Assembly (NCBI GenBank): GCA_964106915.2
Contig: OZ066920.1
DNA: 64,000 nt
Reading direction: 5' to 3' (one strand)
Source: Podarcis gaigeae
Lineage: Eukaryota
The notes under the pieces are model-generated. The model did not search any database. It was not told the DNA's origin and saw only the letters and a list, made by a program, of their open reading frames with translations. Both the position numbers and the translations under genes were made by a program. The number at the start of each line of letters is the position of its first letter. The stretch's first letter is position 1. Positions 24,991 through 38,180 of the stretch are shown piece after piece.

Positions 24991-26897
24991 GGTTCAAAGG
25001 CCTTAGTTCACTGAAACTAGTAACACTTTGTCTAAGCAGAGAAATCAAATTAATATGGCTGAAGCATTTTTGTAATTCTTCATTATAGCTTCAGAAATAT
25101 TTAAGACTGAGTGGTTTTGCTTTTTGCTTTTTGCTGGAGCTCTCATCAGGAATTGTAGGATCAACCTGCTTCGATTATTGGTTTTCATTAAATGACATTC
25201 TTTGGTTTGCAGATGCCTCATTTGTCTTTCTGCTGTCCTGCTCTTCTACATTGGCAGATGTATTTGTGTTTGAGTGCACTTTCATCAAGGATCTCCATTC
25301 CTAATTGAGTTATGATAATTTAGGGCAAATAACTCATTGTTGCAACACTGTCATAATATGCAGTATGTATGTGCTCTGCTGTTGTACCAAAGCAAAATAC
25401 ATTTTGTGCCATACCTGTTCAAAGTCACTTAGAATGTTATGTAGGGATGCACAAAATTAAGAGTGGTAATGTTTGCCATTAATACAATGCTATGGCAGCA
25501 TATGAGAACAGGGCCATGTGTTTTTTTAAAGGTGCCATTACATATATTAAAAGTGTTGGAACAGTTGATCTGTCTAAAGCAAGTTCTAAATAGATGTGTA
25601 TTTTTAATATTACACAGCTAGAAAGATTGTTTTCATCAGACTCTCTATGTGACTGTGAAGTACTACTTGGTCTTTATTATTATTAAGCAAGGGGATATTG
25701 TATCCTGAGGAATCCTTTAAAGCAGGGCTAGGACATGTGGGGTTTGTAAGCTAAATCTAGTCTGCCAAGACTTTTCACGGAAAAGCTCTGCCTCTTTATC
25801 CTGGGATAAATTGGAGGGGGCAGCAGTGTGAGCAGTGAAGTATTGGTGGGTTGTTTAAAACCTTCTGGATTCATATTGCATTAAAACATTTGCACTTTAT
25901 GATGCACATAGCAGTGGGAAAGTGCCATTCTGCATGCTTTAGGATTTTTCTTCTCACAGTTGAACACCTGGAAAATGTTAATTTGTTGCATTTCTGCAGT
26001 TAGAAAACCCACACATTCTATTCTGCTGTCTATACTAATGGAAACAACAGTATATCGTACTTGGTCATTAATCCGGCCATTGTAGATTAATGCCCTTTCT
26101 TTCCCTTTAGGAAATGATTTCTCTTAAGCAGTAGATTGTTTCACATTCTGCTGTGAATGTGAAAGGAAGAGATAGTACAAGTCTGTTGCACTTGACTCTG
26201 TAAACGGGATCTCTTATTTCTGGCTGATGGTTTCAGACCGTTTAGTGACTTAACTACCCATGGGTAAGCATGGAGGAACACGCAGGGAGTTAGTATTCTC
26301 ATACTGATTTGAGTTCATATGTAATGTTAAACTAAACAATGCCTTAGCAGGCAGACGAGTTCCCAGAAAGGAGATTGTGGACACTTTGCTGCTCCTCCAG
26401 GCCTGCAGCTGTGAGCTAAGCCACTCTCTGTTTTAGCATATCGTCCAAACCCAGGTTTGTGGTTTGTTACCTCCAGAAAAACCACAAATTGGAAACCAAG
26501 AACAAACCTTGAGTACAGCTTCTTGTCTGCCTAGAAGAAGCCAAAACACAAGCCCGGATTCAGACGACACAATAAGCCAAATTTTATCTTAATTCACAGC
26601 TGTAGGATCTGAAGAGAAGCAAAGTGGTCATGAACTCCTCTCCAGGAGCATTTTCACAATAAGCCATGGTTTGGCTTAACATAGTGTGTGAACTGAGCGA
26701 ATGTATCTTCACTTTTGCCTTTTCAGTCTTTGAATGACCCCCCCCCCCGAGTATTTTGAAATATGTGGTGCAATTTGGGCACAACTGCAGTGGTGGTAGC
26801 AGCAACAGCAGGAGTTGCAATAATAGTAGTTTTCATTGCCACACCAATTGCACATGGCAGTTTCTCAACCTTGAATTTACCACTTGTAGAGCCTACA

Positions 26898-27249
26898 GGG
26901 ACGTGGGTGGAGCTGTGGTCTAAACTACAGAGCCTAGGGCTTACCAATCAGAAGGTTGGCAGTTCAAATCCCCGCAACTGGGTGAACTCCTGTTGTTCGG
27001 TCCCAGCTCCTGTCCACCTAGCACATCAAAGTGCAAATAGATAAATAGGTACAGCTCCAGCGGGAAGGTAAACGGCGTTTCCGTGCGCTGGTCTCGTTCA
27101 CCAGAAGCGGCTTAGTCATGCTGACCACATGACCCAGAAGCTGTCTGCGGACAAATGCCAGCTCCCTCAGCCTAGAGCGAGATGAGCGCGCCACCCCAGA
27201 GTCGTCCGTAACTGGACCTAATGGTCAGGGGTACCTTAACCTTTACCTA
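26898..27249 (+). mobile_element. Sauria SINE (Squam1), near full length
   Basis: tRNA-like head gggacgtgggtggagctgtggtctaaac, body agataaataggtac...cgggaaggtaaacggcgtttccgtgcgc, (accttt)n tail; imperfect TSD tagagcctaca / tagggcctaga. Confidence 0.92.
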
Positions 27250-29370
27250 GGGCCTAGAGTAGAATTTGCCCATTTCACATTGAAACTTTCCCCATTCTTG
27301 TATCTGGAGACTTTTTCTCATGAAAAGAATCATTTACCCCCCCCCCCCAAATGCAAATGAATGGCACCCCCCAAGATCTCTAGGATGATGAGCAAATCTG
27401 AGGTTGGGTGAAATAGGAGCTGGGGGGAGGGCAGGATGAAAGAAGAAAATGGAAAATCTCAGTTTGATCCAGGATCAAGTTTTATTGGATGAATATTCAA
27501 AAGCATTCATCTCTAGACAGAACCCTGGCAATTCACTGCAGCTCCAATGGCAATAATAAATAAATGCATTTTTTACAGCCAAATGGTTCAAGCAGCCAAC
27601 AAAGTTAACACTATATAATTAATAACAATAAGCAATTAAAGAGAACAGCAGGTTACAGTGATAAAGCACCGAAATATATTAACGTAAAAAAGAAATACTG
27701 AATACTTATGTGAAAAGGGAGTGCATTAGGTCAACTTATAACCCTTTTTCTTCTGGATAAAGGGCACACACACGCGTGCGCACACACACAACACTGCTGC
27801 TGTTAAACCTTCATTTATTCCAGTGGGACTTGTGTGGGAATCTTGTGTAAGCTGCACAGGAAGAATGCTGTACATGAAGAAAGTAGACTGACTGGTAGAT
27901 TGCACCCAAAATCTGAATGAAAGGGATGAGATGGTGTGTAACTAATAAAATATTATGAATACCACCATTCCCAAAACAATGCACTATGTTGAATGCTGGG
28001 GGAATGAAAAAAATGCATAAGAAGGCGGGGGCTTAACAGCAACAGAGCTAATGTACGGCAAATTGAGATCTTACCTGTTTGCATTTGAATGTGTGAGGCC
28101 TTTCATCTTTTTGAGCCCAGTGAATTTTATTTTCTGCTTTTTGTTGTTGTTGACATGATAAAGAAGACATAGAAAATGGAAAAAATAATATATGCCATTC
28201 CCATACTAATCCACCCTCCACCCGCCATGGTTTCATTTGCTTCCCTATTATCCTTTGGGAATAGTTTTTCTATTCTCTCTAGGGAATAATATCCTAGGAT
28301 AGAGGGAACAGTTTCCCTAGCATTTAAGGAGTTATCAAGCATCATTTAACATATAGGCTTGGTCAGTTCCGTATTAATTTAAAATATATGTCCATGCTAC
28401 CTACTGTATCAGCATCTTACAGACAACTTTTACTGCTATGCATTCAGCAGGTGACTCACAAATCTATTCATTTAAGTTTATGCACCTACCTTCACTAAGC
28501 AAGGCATCTGGTTAGGAGGGAAGCAAGGCACCTCTGGGAGAATCCTCATCTCAGGCTTGCTCCAATTTAGGCCCTTTACTTAGCATCACATTTTGATGGT
28601 CCTTTGTATTGCACTAAATATTAGGTATGTGCACCAACCCCACAATATGTGGTTCAGACCTCAGGGAACAGCCCACCTTGATCTGAAGGGCTTTAGTAGC
28701 TGCTTAGTTCAGCTCTGGGTCTGAGGCCAAGTTCACTTCAAAAAAATTGAGGCTTTGCTTCTTCCCATTCACTTTGTGGGAAGTAAAACTGCTATAACTC
28801 CCCCTCCCCCCACTTTTCATCAGAAATTGTTAAAATTTGCAGACCAAGTAGTCCCTTCAGAGTGGGTTATACCTTCCAAAATACAGGCAAGTAAGTCCAG
28901 GTGTTCTTTTTTATTTTTGGTGCTAGGTGCCTTTTTAATTCATTTATTTTTTTAAGGAAATGTATATAACTTTTTAAAAATTTGGCAGAAATGTGTAGGC
29001 ATCGGGGGGGGGGGCGTTAAGGTGAGGGAATAAAGCCATTTCAGAAGGACAGCTGCAGAGATTTCCCCACAAGTGTAGCTTTTACAGAGTTTGGGGGGAG
29101 GTGTGGAATCTCTCCTGCAGTGTTTTGTGAGCAATTGGTCTGAAAATAGCATGAGGCATGAGAGAGGTGCCCCTGGGTAAGGAACCTGTCAAACTGCAGA
29201 CCAGTTGGCTAGGCATCCTTTAAAAGTTGATTGGGCTGGGTGGGCGCAATTGAAAGGGATTCACTTTCCTCCCCCAAAGCCCTAGGATTGGAGATTCTGG
29301 GTTATATAAATTCCCTATGATTCTAAGCTTGACCTATCAGCCACAACAGAACTCTCTCTCTCTTCCCACC

Positions 29371-29526
29371 NNNNNNNNNNNNNNNNNNNNNNNNNNNNNN
29401 NNNNNNNNNNNNNNNNNNNNNNNNNNNNNNNNNNNNNNNNNNNNNNNNNNNNNNNNNNNNNNNNNNNNNNNNNNNNNNNNNNNNNNNNNNNNNNNNNNNN
29501 NNNNNNNNNNNNNNNNNNNNNNNNNN
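29371..29526. other. N-block (156 nt)
   Basis: Run of N. Confidence 0.99.
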
Positions 29527-31397
29527 CAGTAGGCAAGAACCTGGTCACATGTTTCCTGGAGTGGTGTGCTTGTTACTTCCTCTAGGATTGTTTGCAGGCT
29601 AGTCTGCTAATAGCTACATGTTTCTGTGACCAGCTCTTGTTATTTAAGCCCAACCATGTGAGGTGGGAGCAGATTGCACACATCATAATTAGTGGTCTGC
29701 TGTGGGACAGGGTCCAAATGCTGTAAGAAAGGCTCACATGACTAGGCTGGGGCATTTAAATGGTACAACAGTTACTTAGGTGCCAGTCACAGAAAAGGGG
29801 TTCCATTGAGGCTAAGGTAACCTGGATAGAGCAGATTGCATGGTTGCCTTACCCTTTGGTGACATACTTCACGGATCAGTAATAACAGCCAAGGGACCTG
29901 CCCTAACCAAGTGAGTGGAAGAGGTACTTTTTACCCAGAGCAACATGGGAGCAGCCACAGAGGTGGCAACCACATCACTCCTGCTAACACGAAAAAGAGG
30001 ACCCAACAGTATCTAGTGGCGTTCTTCTTGCTGCCTGAAAACATAAATGAATACCAAAAAATACACCAAAAGAAAAGGACAGTGTATCAAAACGGCTTTG
30101 TGTCAAGCCTTTGCATATCAGCATGACCAACAAATTTGCTTATTGATAATATTTAGAAAAACAAATAATGCTTCAGAGGTAGCTGGCAGTTCTCTGTAGT
30201 CTGGTCTGGCCATTCCCTCCACCCCCTTGGTTTCTTCTGTAGACACTTGCTCTACATCCTGAGCAAAAATTAGTTGATGAAAGAGCTGTCAGTAATGCTC
30301 CATTCGTATGACTGATCCACTGTACTGTGGAATTCATATTGACTGACTGCTTGTCTCAGTGTTAAAAGATTGTTTTCCCTGTAGATGTGACTTTAGAACA
30401 GGTAGCATTTAGTTTATGCTGCATGAAGTGTCCATGAAGTATCCTCTTTCAATTTTACCAATTTTTGTTTTTTTTGTGTAGAACTCGATGGTAGATATAC
30501 CAGTACTTCCACCAGTTCCAGAAGTCCCAGACGGGTGGGAAATACTAGTAGGTATTTAACATCAATGACAGAGAAAGCTATCTCTTGAAATATCACCAAC
30601 GCTTAAAAAATAATAATACACTTGACACAGCAATACTGATTAAGAGAATCAGTGCTTTAAAATAGGCCAAAAACCTTTTGATTTCAACTAAAGTACATTT
30701 TCCATAATGTTAATGTGACTCTTATTCATCATACTTCTCCACTCCCTCAGAAACACATAGCTTTAACCATCAATTTTACTATAATTTTATGTGATTTACT
30801 GCTGAAAGGCAGGGTAAGGAACTTATTTCAGAGACAGAAATGTCATACAAGCACACAATTAGAACCTAGAACTTGAGGGGATGTCCACAAAAGCTTAAAA
30901 CATTTCATGACTTACTCCCCAAGGAACTTAGAAATTGTAGTAGCTCTTGGAGCGAGGTGAGTAATCTCTTACAGAGAATTCTGAACATCCTCGTAGAACT
31001 ACAGTATCCAAGGTGCCTGGGGAAGAATTGGTATAATAACTGCTTGCAATATAGACACACACCTAATTTAACTACATTGTAATTCTGAGTACTATATGAG
31101 CCCTGATTCCACACTGACTACGGCATGGTTCAGACTTTATGATGTGGTTGCCATTCACCGGGCAAAGTTCTCAGTTCACAGTAATATTGCTTGAAACTCA
31201 GCATCACATGGGTCTCCCGGAATTCAGTGTACTTCCCACACCAGTACCTCCCCTTGTTTGGGATGTGACACACATGGCCCACAGGGAAGGGCCAGCAAAG
31301 GGAAAGCATTGATAGTGGGCTTATGCGTGTACTTAGAAATGCTCAACTATCTTTAGTGAGAGCAGGATAAGACATTTGGCATGGGTGCATGTGGAGC

Positions 31398-31399
<2 letters not shown>

Positions 31400-31431
<32 letters not shown>
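31400..31431. repeat. (CA)n microsatellite
   Basis: Directly visible. Confidence 0.95.
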
Positions 31432-31433
<2 letters not shown>

Positions 31434-31509
31434 GTATGACAGGTGTATTTTAATAGCTTCATTTTTGTTATGTTTTAGAACCTACTTGGCAAAAGAAAAA
31501 TGTTGAGTG

Positions 31510-31768
31510 CCGTATTTTTCACTATATAAGACGCACCAGACCACAAGACGCACCTAGTATTTGGAGGAGGAAAATAAGAAAAAAAATATTCTGAATCTCA
31601 GAAGCCAGAACAGCAAGAGGGATCACTGTGCAGTGAAAGCAGCAACCCCTCTTGCTGTTTTGGCTTCTGGGATAGCTGCACAGCCTGCATACACTCCATA
31701 AGATGCACACACATTTCCCCTTACTTTTTAGGAGGGAAAAAGTGAGTCTTATAGAGCAAAAAATACGG
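31510..31768. mobile_element. Tc2/pogo-like MITE with internal hairpin
   Basis: TIR ccgtatttttcactatataagac / gtcttatagagcaaaaaatacgg, TA at the right flank; internal inverted repeat cagaagccagaacagcaagaggg / ccctcttgctgttttggcttctg. Confidence 0.88.
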
Positions 31769-32586
31769 TATTTTCCTTCCTCAAAATTGTTAGCAGAACT
31801 TTTTTTTTATTATTATACTTAATTTTCATTCAGTCAAATGTTCTGAATATAAGTGAACCAATAATCATGTCAAGCTCAGAACATGTACCCAATAACACAA
31901 ACAAATCTAAGCTGTTTGGGAAAAATGTTTAAAGATTTCAGATCAATATAGACATATGAATCTTTGAATTCCCAGGCACTTATTACCTATCCCACCTGTT
32001 ACTGAGCCCGAATGGGGTTTCCTCAACCCACCTGTTCCCCAGGTTGCCCTGCTTGGCTAGAAACATGGAAGAGACCAAAGTTCATGTCCTCCATTCTTCT
32101 ACCCAAAGATAGAACTATCTCCCATACATCACCTCCAGACAATTCTAGCCCCTGGCTTCCAGTCAGCTGCTGCACTATAATAACATGCAGCTTAATCCCA
32201 TGGGAATCCTCTCCTGCCCTTTCCCACTGCTTCTGGCACCCCTGTTTCTTTCTTCTCTATAACATTAGGTCCTCCATCCCTTCCTTTTGTAATTTATTGG
32301 CTCCAAAAGCTGCAAAAATACATGCACTGTATTAACAACCCTGTGGAGGGAAGGTCCATTCCGTCTGCTGCGGAAGCAGAGCTACTGCCTCTAACAAATT
32401 GTTGCTCTAGGCATTTGTCTAGGGTCATCTACTATAACTTCAGTCTTGCTAGAACTGAGAGCTAGGAACTGGCACTTTATTCCACTTAAGTTACCAATAT
32501 TTGGTGTGAGTGGGAGAGCGGGAGACATACTGCTTCAGTTAGTTCAAAGTCTAAATTCAGACCAATAATTTCTGTTGTACTTTTTT

Positions 32587-32587
32587 A

Positions 32588-32622
<35 letters not shown>
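32587..32622. repeat. (AAAG)n microsatellite
   Basis: Directly visible. Confidence 0.95.
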
Positions 32623-32739
32623 GGAAATACAGAGATCATTTTTTGAGTATTCCATATAATATAGGGCGCAATGGCAACAGCGTAATGTAACTTTGTGATG
32701 CATACCCAATTTCCCTCTTACGATACAGTCTATTTCTGA

Positions 32740-32885
32740 CTACCAGATGCTAGAAGCTAACAATAGAGAAAGCTATCATGATGATTCCCTGCTTGTGATC
32801 TTCCCTGTGGCATCTTTTGTCTGCAGTTAAGAGGACAGAATGCTTGACTAGAATTACCATTAGTGTGCCCCAGCATGGCATTTCT
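32740..32885 (+). mobile_element. CR1-type 3' tail relic
   Basis: acagaatgcttgactagaattaccattagtgtgccccagcatggcatttctt resembles the CR1 3' end. Confidence 0.5.
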
Positions 32886-32886
32886 T

Positions 32887-33050
32887 GGGAAGAGGCCACA
32901 GCTCAGTGGTAGAGCTCACGCTTTGCATGCAGAAGGTCCCTGGTTCGGTCCCTGGCATCTCAAGTTTTAAAAAAGGAACTTGAGTAACAGGGTTGGGAAA
33001 GATCTCTGCCAGTTAATATGGATTGCCCTGAACTACATGGCTAATTGTGT
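32887..33050 (+). mobile_element. tRNA-derived SINE (Squam3-like)
   Basis: A box agctcagtggtagagc, B box ggttcggtccc, tRNA-Ala-like ttgcatgc loop, followed by a non-tRNA body. Confidence 0.85.
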
Positions 33051-35032
33051 AACTAATGAAATACGGCTTTATGTGTCTTTGTGTTTTCACTGCCCACTTG
33101 TAATCAAATCAAATGTATAGAAAATGCATGTCATGCGCTGTCTTCAGGCTGTAGGGGATAAATCACGTTTGAATGTTCTTCCTATGTTTTTATAAAAAGC
33201 CTTTCTGCACACAGAAACATAGCAGGTTAGCTTTCCATATGCAAGGATTTGTTTGTTTGTTTGTTTACACGTAGTAGTATTCATACATGCACTCCTTGAC
33301 CTCCATTCCAAGGTGGTGCAGCCTGCTGAATGTTTTATATCCTTCTCCCTGATCTGCTAGTTTTCTTCATGCAAGGAGTTTCTCACAGGGGAGATTTAGA
33401 TATGTCCTGCCACCTGCAGAATCAAGTGGTATGATCCAAGAAGGACCATGTCTTGTTGTTTTTAAAATTCAGTATGTTGTAATGCTTTTCTGAAGTCTAG
33501 GTATAAGATAAGTGTTGTTGTTGTTTTTTAAAAAAACATCCACCAGCTTGCTCCATGTCCAAAAATAAAGAATTGATAATTATTTAAACGTTAGTCTACA
33601 TTTTTGCAGTAGCAGATTCTTCGAGTACTGTAAACATTTCCCTCCAGCAAATCCCAGCTGTATATTTGATTTTAGTATCTCCATTTCCTTGCTGCTATAT
33701 GCCTGAATTGTGGGGTTTGGGGTGATAATTCTTGAGAAATTGTAAATGACAGAAGGCCCATTACAATCAGGGAGGAATGATGAGCATATGCTGGAAGTCT
33801 TCAGGCAATGTTAATTTCTGTATTAAGTCTTTAAATGTGTGCTCTTTGCCTAGGTGAAACGGGTGGGGGTGGAAAATAAGTGTTGGTTTGATGCAGCTGT
33901 GAACACTTTGGAGAGCTAGAAAACTGCAGGCCATTTGATTCCCAAGTTAAAGAGAGGAAACCAGAGTTTGACCAACAGCTATTAAGAGGGCCTTATCCTA
34001 TAGACGCATTCATCTGACTTAGACTTGGTGAACAGAAGAGAGACTATATAGACACCTTTCAGTATGAATTGCCACAACATGCTCCAACTACATTTTATCC
34101 ATTGCCTGGTATTCCCATTGGTCTCACCCAGCGACTCTAGTGCAATGTCCCATCAGCACATAGTGGACAGGGAAGACAGCTTTGTTGCAGGGTGTGTGTA
34201 GCAGGTATGTTACTATTCATGCTCTTCTTTAAAAAGCCAAGATATGCGGCTAGACATAGGGCCAGATCAAGTCCTAGTAGCAGAAGCTTGTGCAAGGATT
34301 TCTGCTGGCCCAAGTGGGATTTCCCCTCCTCTCCTTTGCCCCATGCCCCCCAGTTGACACCCCCACCCCTGCCCAACAGTACTCAAGGGAAAGAGAGGGG
34401 ATATCATTCTATCTTGCAAGCTGAAATGTTTGCACTAATGGAATAATTGCCATAGCAGTATGTTGACTTCTTCTCAGCGCAATCCTTGGGAGGCAATAGA
34501 ACATTAAAAACCAACAACAGTAAGTGGTTTGCAAAATTGTAGAACAGAAGGGGCACATCTCTACTACTATGATGCACTTCGCTGTGACCTTAAGGCTGTA
34601 ATTCTATACACTTACCTAGGAAAAGCCCATTAAACTCAAAGGTCCTGACTGTGATAGGTAGTTGCTGAATGAGCAATCTGGAGTTGGGATAGCACAGTAG
34701 CAGACTGCTCTGTTTTAGGATTAATATTGTATGAGAACAGTCTTATTTGGTTTAATTTAAATTATATTTTACATTTCCTCGCAGCTGTGTTTTTTAAAAA
34801 AATATCTATGTTTGACTGTTCTTAATTGCATAAAAAATATTAAAATATAGTATATGCATGTGTGCGAAGGTTTTGTCAAATGCCGCTAATAATATTGCAG
34901 GAAATGTCCAGTAGGTGCTTCCTGATGTTCTAGCACCCACTTTACACATGAAAAGCAAGGCATGTATTAACAAAACATTTTTCCAGAACCAAAACATGGT
35001 ACTTTGAGAGCACACAAAATCTATCATCCCTG

Positions 35033-35170
35033 CAGCGGTTCTCAAACTGTGGGTCCCCAGCTGTTGTTGGACTACAACTCCCATCATCTCTGAGCTCTGG
35101 CCTTGCTAGCTAGGGGTGATGGGAGTTGTAGTTCAACAACATCTGGGGACCCACAGGTTGAGAAAGGCTG
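35033..35170. mobile_element. Near-perfect palindromic hAT-like MITE
   Basis: Arms ttctcaaactgtgggtccccagctgttgttggactacaactcccatca / tgatgggagttgtagttcaacaacatctggggacccacaggttgagaa. Confidence 0.88.
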
Positions 35171-37082
35171 CTCCAAGGCATGGAACAAACATAAGCAAAA
35201 TAGAACAGAGGTCCAGCTGCAAAACCCGCTTTATTTGTTATACAGTCTGCTACTTCCATGCAACAGCCTCCGCAGCGTGTTACACACACGAAGGTGCACC
35301 ACGCAATTTAATGGGCAGCAGGGCTGTGGCTGTTGTCCTAACCCAAACAACATGTGGTTTCCCTTTGTTCATCTGTTAGATGTGGACATCTGAGAAATGG
35401 AAGCCTGGCTACATAGATGTCTATGTACGTAAGCTTCCCCTGGAGCTGGAGCCATGTGCGATCAGGGTTCCAGCTCGCGGGAAACACTATAATACACAGA
35501 GGTCTGCACCGCTATGCTTTAGCGCAGTAACCATTCTCACAGAATAACTGGGCGCCATGAGTGAGGCCCATGTGTCATCAGGGCCCATTGCCTTTTTCAT
35601 GGTATGGACCCCTTTGTGTCATGAAGGCAGCTCATTCTTGGGAACTTCACCATACTAGGTTTTTCCCCCTCTTGCTTTCATTGTGGCAGTAGCACACTGG
35701 ACCAAAGATTAAGCCTGCTTACCTTAATATGTATCAGATCAGAGGCTCAGCAAATGGTCTGGGAGCACCAGACTAATGCTCAGCAGGTGTTGATCTGATA
35801 GGTAACATGGACAGGAGGCAACTGGGTATTCTATGTTTTTAATTGTTGCTGTTATCAGTTATCTTTTTTTGAATTGGAAATCTACAGATCCAAAACTCAT
35901 TTCCTTTCTATGAACCAGAAAGCTTAATTGTATTATAGTCCTTCTTCTTCCTCTTTCTCTCCCACCCCTTCCAAAGAACCAGTTCATGTTTTTCCTCTCT
36001 GGGGAGACTTCCATCCATTCATCTCCAACTACATCCCCACATGGATGTAGCTCTTGTGAATGGCTTCCTCGTGCAGCACTCTTTTCCATCACCACACATG
36101 AGAAAGGGCCTAAAAATAAGTCTTCTGGCAACAGTGCACATGAGGAACCCATAATTAGTGTCCTCAGCTTGGATCTCTTCCTTGAGATGACTGCTCAGAA
36201 GTCACTTTGTTTCTGACTGGGGGGAAATGGTTGTGTGAATCAGCACTACAGCAGCTCCTGGGTACCTAATTTGCAAGCTGTATTTTTATCTTAATCCATG
36301 CAAGCAGTTGCCTAGAAATTCCATAGAATTGCTTATTCCTCACCTATAACTCTTAATAAAAAATAGGACCGTGCCAACCTATTAAATCCTTAATAGAATA
36401 TTCTAATGGTTATTAAATCAATTGACTCTGAATCTCACTTTAATAAATGAGTCAGACAGTATTTTCCAATTACTGTCATCCACCACCTTTCTAAAGAGCA
36501 GATTATTCTGATTGAATTTTTTTAAGCTGTTCAGCACTTTTAAGATCCCCTCCCTAATACATTTGCTGAAAGAATGTAGCTTTGAAGTGGATATAGGAGA
36601 GAGGAAGAATGACCTCTTGAAGGGATGTTCTGGCACTCCACTTCACTTCATATTTATCCCAGGTGTAAACTGCCAGGGTAGCTTTTCACTGTCTGTTTGT
36701 TTAGTTGTGACATTCAGTATTTTCTAAAATTTTAAGATTTTCTGTGACTAGAGAAGGCGTGGGGGTGGGGGTGCAAAACAGCTCTCCTTCCAGTCACCAT
36801 TCCATTTCTTCTAATCTTGTAATATTTACAAGGAGCAACAGGAAGTGAAATGTTATGGTGGAAGAACTGTAGAAGTGTGTGCAGCTGACCTTTCCAAAGT
36901 CAATTGTTTTAAAAAGGTGTCTGAAAACCAAGGTATTTTCAGAAGGGTTGCAGTCATCCTGGGCCAGATAGTCACTTGGTGTTTCCTCTACTGGGTCAGT
37001 CACAGTTCAGTGCTGTTGCTACCCATAGCACTTTTACTTTCCTAAAAGGTAGTGCGGATCAAAGTGGGAAATGAGGAGAATA

Positions 37083-37322
37083 CAGTGCTACCTCTGGATG
37101 TGAACGGGATCCGTTGCAGAGCCCCATTCGCATCCTGAAGTGAACGCAACCTGCACATTCGCGGGTCGCGATTCTCCACTTCTGCGCATGCATGTGACGT
37201 CATTTTGAGCGTCTGCGTGAGCGGCGAAACCCGGAAGTAACACGTTCTGTTACTTCCGGGTCGCCACGGAGCGCAACCCGAAAATGCTCAACCCAAAGCA
37301 TATTTAACCCGAGGTATGACTG
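37083..37322. mobile_element. CpG-rich Tigger/pogo-like MITE
   Basis: TA flanks, ends cagtgctacctc / gaggtatgactg, internal 13-bp perfect hairpin acccggaagtaac / gttacttccgggt. Confidence 0.87.
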
Positions 37323-37367
37323 TATGTGAGTTAACAGCTTTACAGAAATATTGCATATGGTCCAAGA

Positions 37368-37513
37368 GAGTGGCGTAGCGTGGGTTGTCAGCACCCGGGA
37401 CAAGGCAAGTAATTTGCGCCCCCTAACCCGTGGATTTGTGCCCCCTAACCCTAACCCCCAGATGTTGCGCCCGGTGCGGCCGGCCCCCCTGCACCCCCCA
37501 CGCTATGCCACTG
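37368..37513. mobile_element. hAT MITE with ccctaa subterminal repeats
   Basis: TIR (g)agtggcgtagcgtggg / cccacgctatgccactg; 8-bp TSD gtccaaga / gtccaaaa. Confidence 0.87.
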
Positions 37514-37546
37514 GTCCAAAAAACCTTTACTTACTGTAGATCACAA

Positions 37547-37696
37547 ATATCTCAGTTGGTAGGGTATGAGACCCTTAATCTCAGGGTAGTGGTGGTGGTG
37601 ATTTGAACCTCACACTGGGCAAGGTTTCTTGCATTGCAGGGGGTTGGACTAGATGACCCTTGTGATCCCTTTCCAACTCAACAGTTCTATGATTCT
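37547..37696 (+). mobile_element. tRNA-Lys-derived SINE with CR1 3' tail (Squam2/POM-like)
   Basis: Head ctcagttggtagggtatgagacccttaatctcagggt; tail gggttggactagatgaccctt...ttccaactc...ttctatgattct. Confidence 0.85.
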
Positions 37697-38180
37697 TTAC
37701 ACAAAGAAAAAAGTAAACCTGCCTAAGCTAATAATTAAGGCAGTGTAAAGACAGATATCTTCACCAGTAGCATTCCCTCTAATTACAAAAGTGAAAACTT
37801 TTATTAGTCAACAAAACGAGTGGTGGGACCTCGATCACCCCCCATAGGAATACTTTGTAAAATACCCCTCGCTTTCTGTTGCTTTGTAGTGCCTGACATT
37901 GCAGATTTGCATTTGGCTAGCATTGCAGAGGTTGGCATTGCTATCTTCACCTTGACGGATGAAAGATCCAGAGCTAAGCTCCTTTCTTTCCACTTGCTTT
38001 AAGTGTGCATATCAACACAAATATTCATGGGGGAAAAATCCCTCCTAAGATTACTCAGTGCATAATATGGCTATTATGGGGATTTCCACCTTCCTCTGAA
38101 GCAGCTGTTACTGACCACTGTCATAGGCCAGATACTAGATGCTCGGCCTAATCTTCTATTACACTATTAATTTCAGAATT

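Noticed and set aside
32194-32207. EBF-like palindrome aaTCCCATGGGAAT suggesting feedback regulation
   Set aside because: A single short motif in 64 kb is expected by chance, and there is no conservation evidence.
32887-32965. Possible tRNA-Ala gene
   Set aside because: The acceptor stem is not complementary and the sequence continues into a SINE body; it is a SINE head. The same applies to the tRNA-Lys-like head at 37547.
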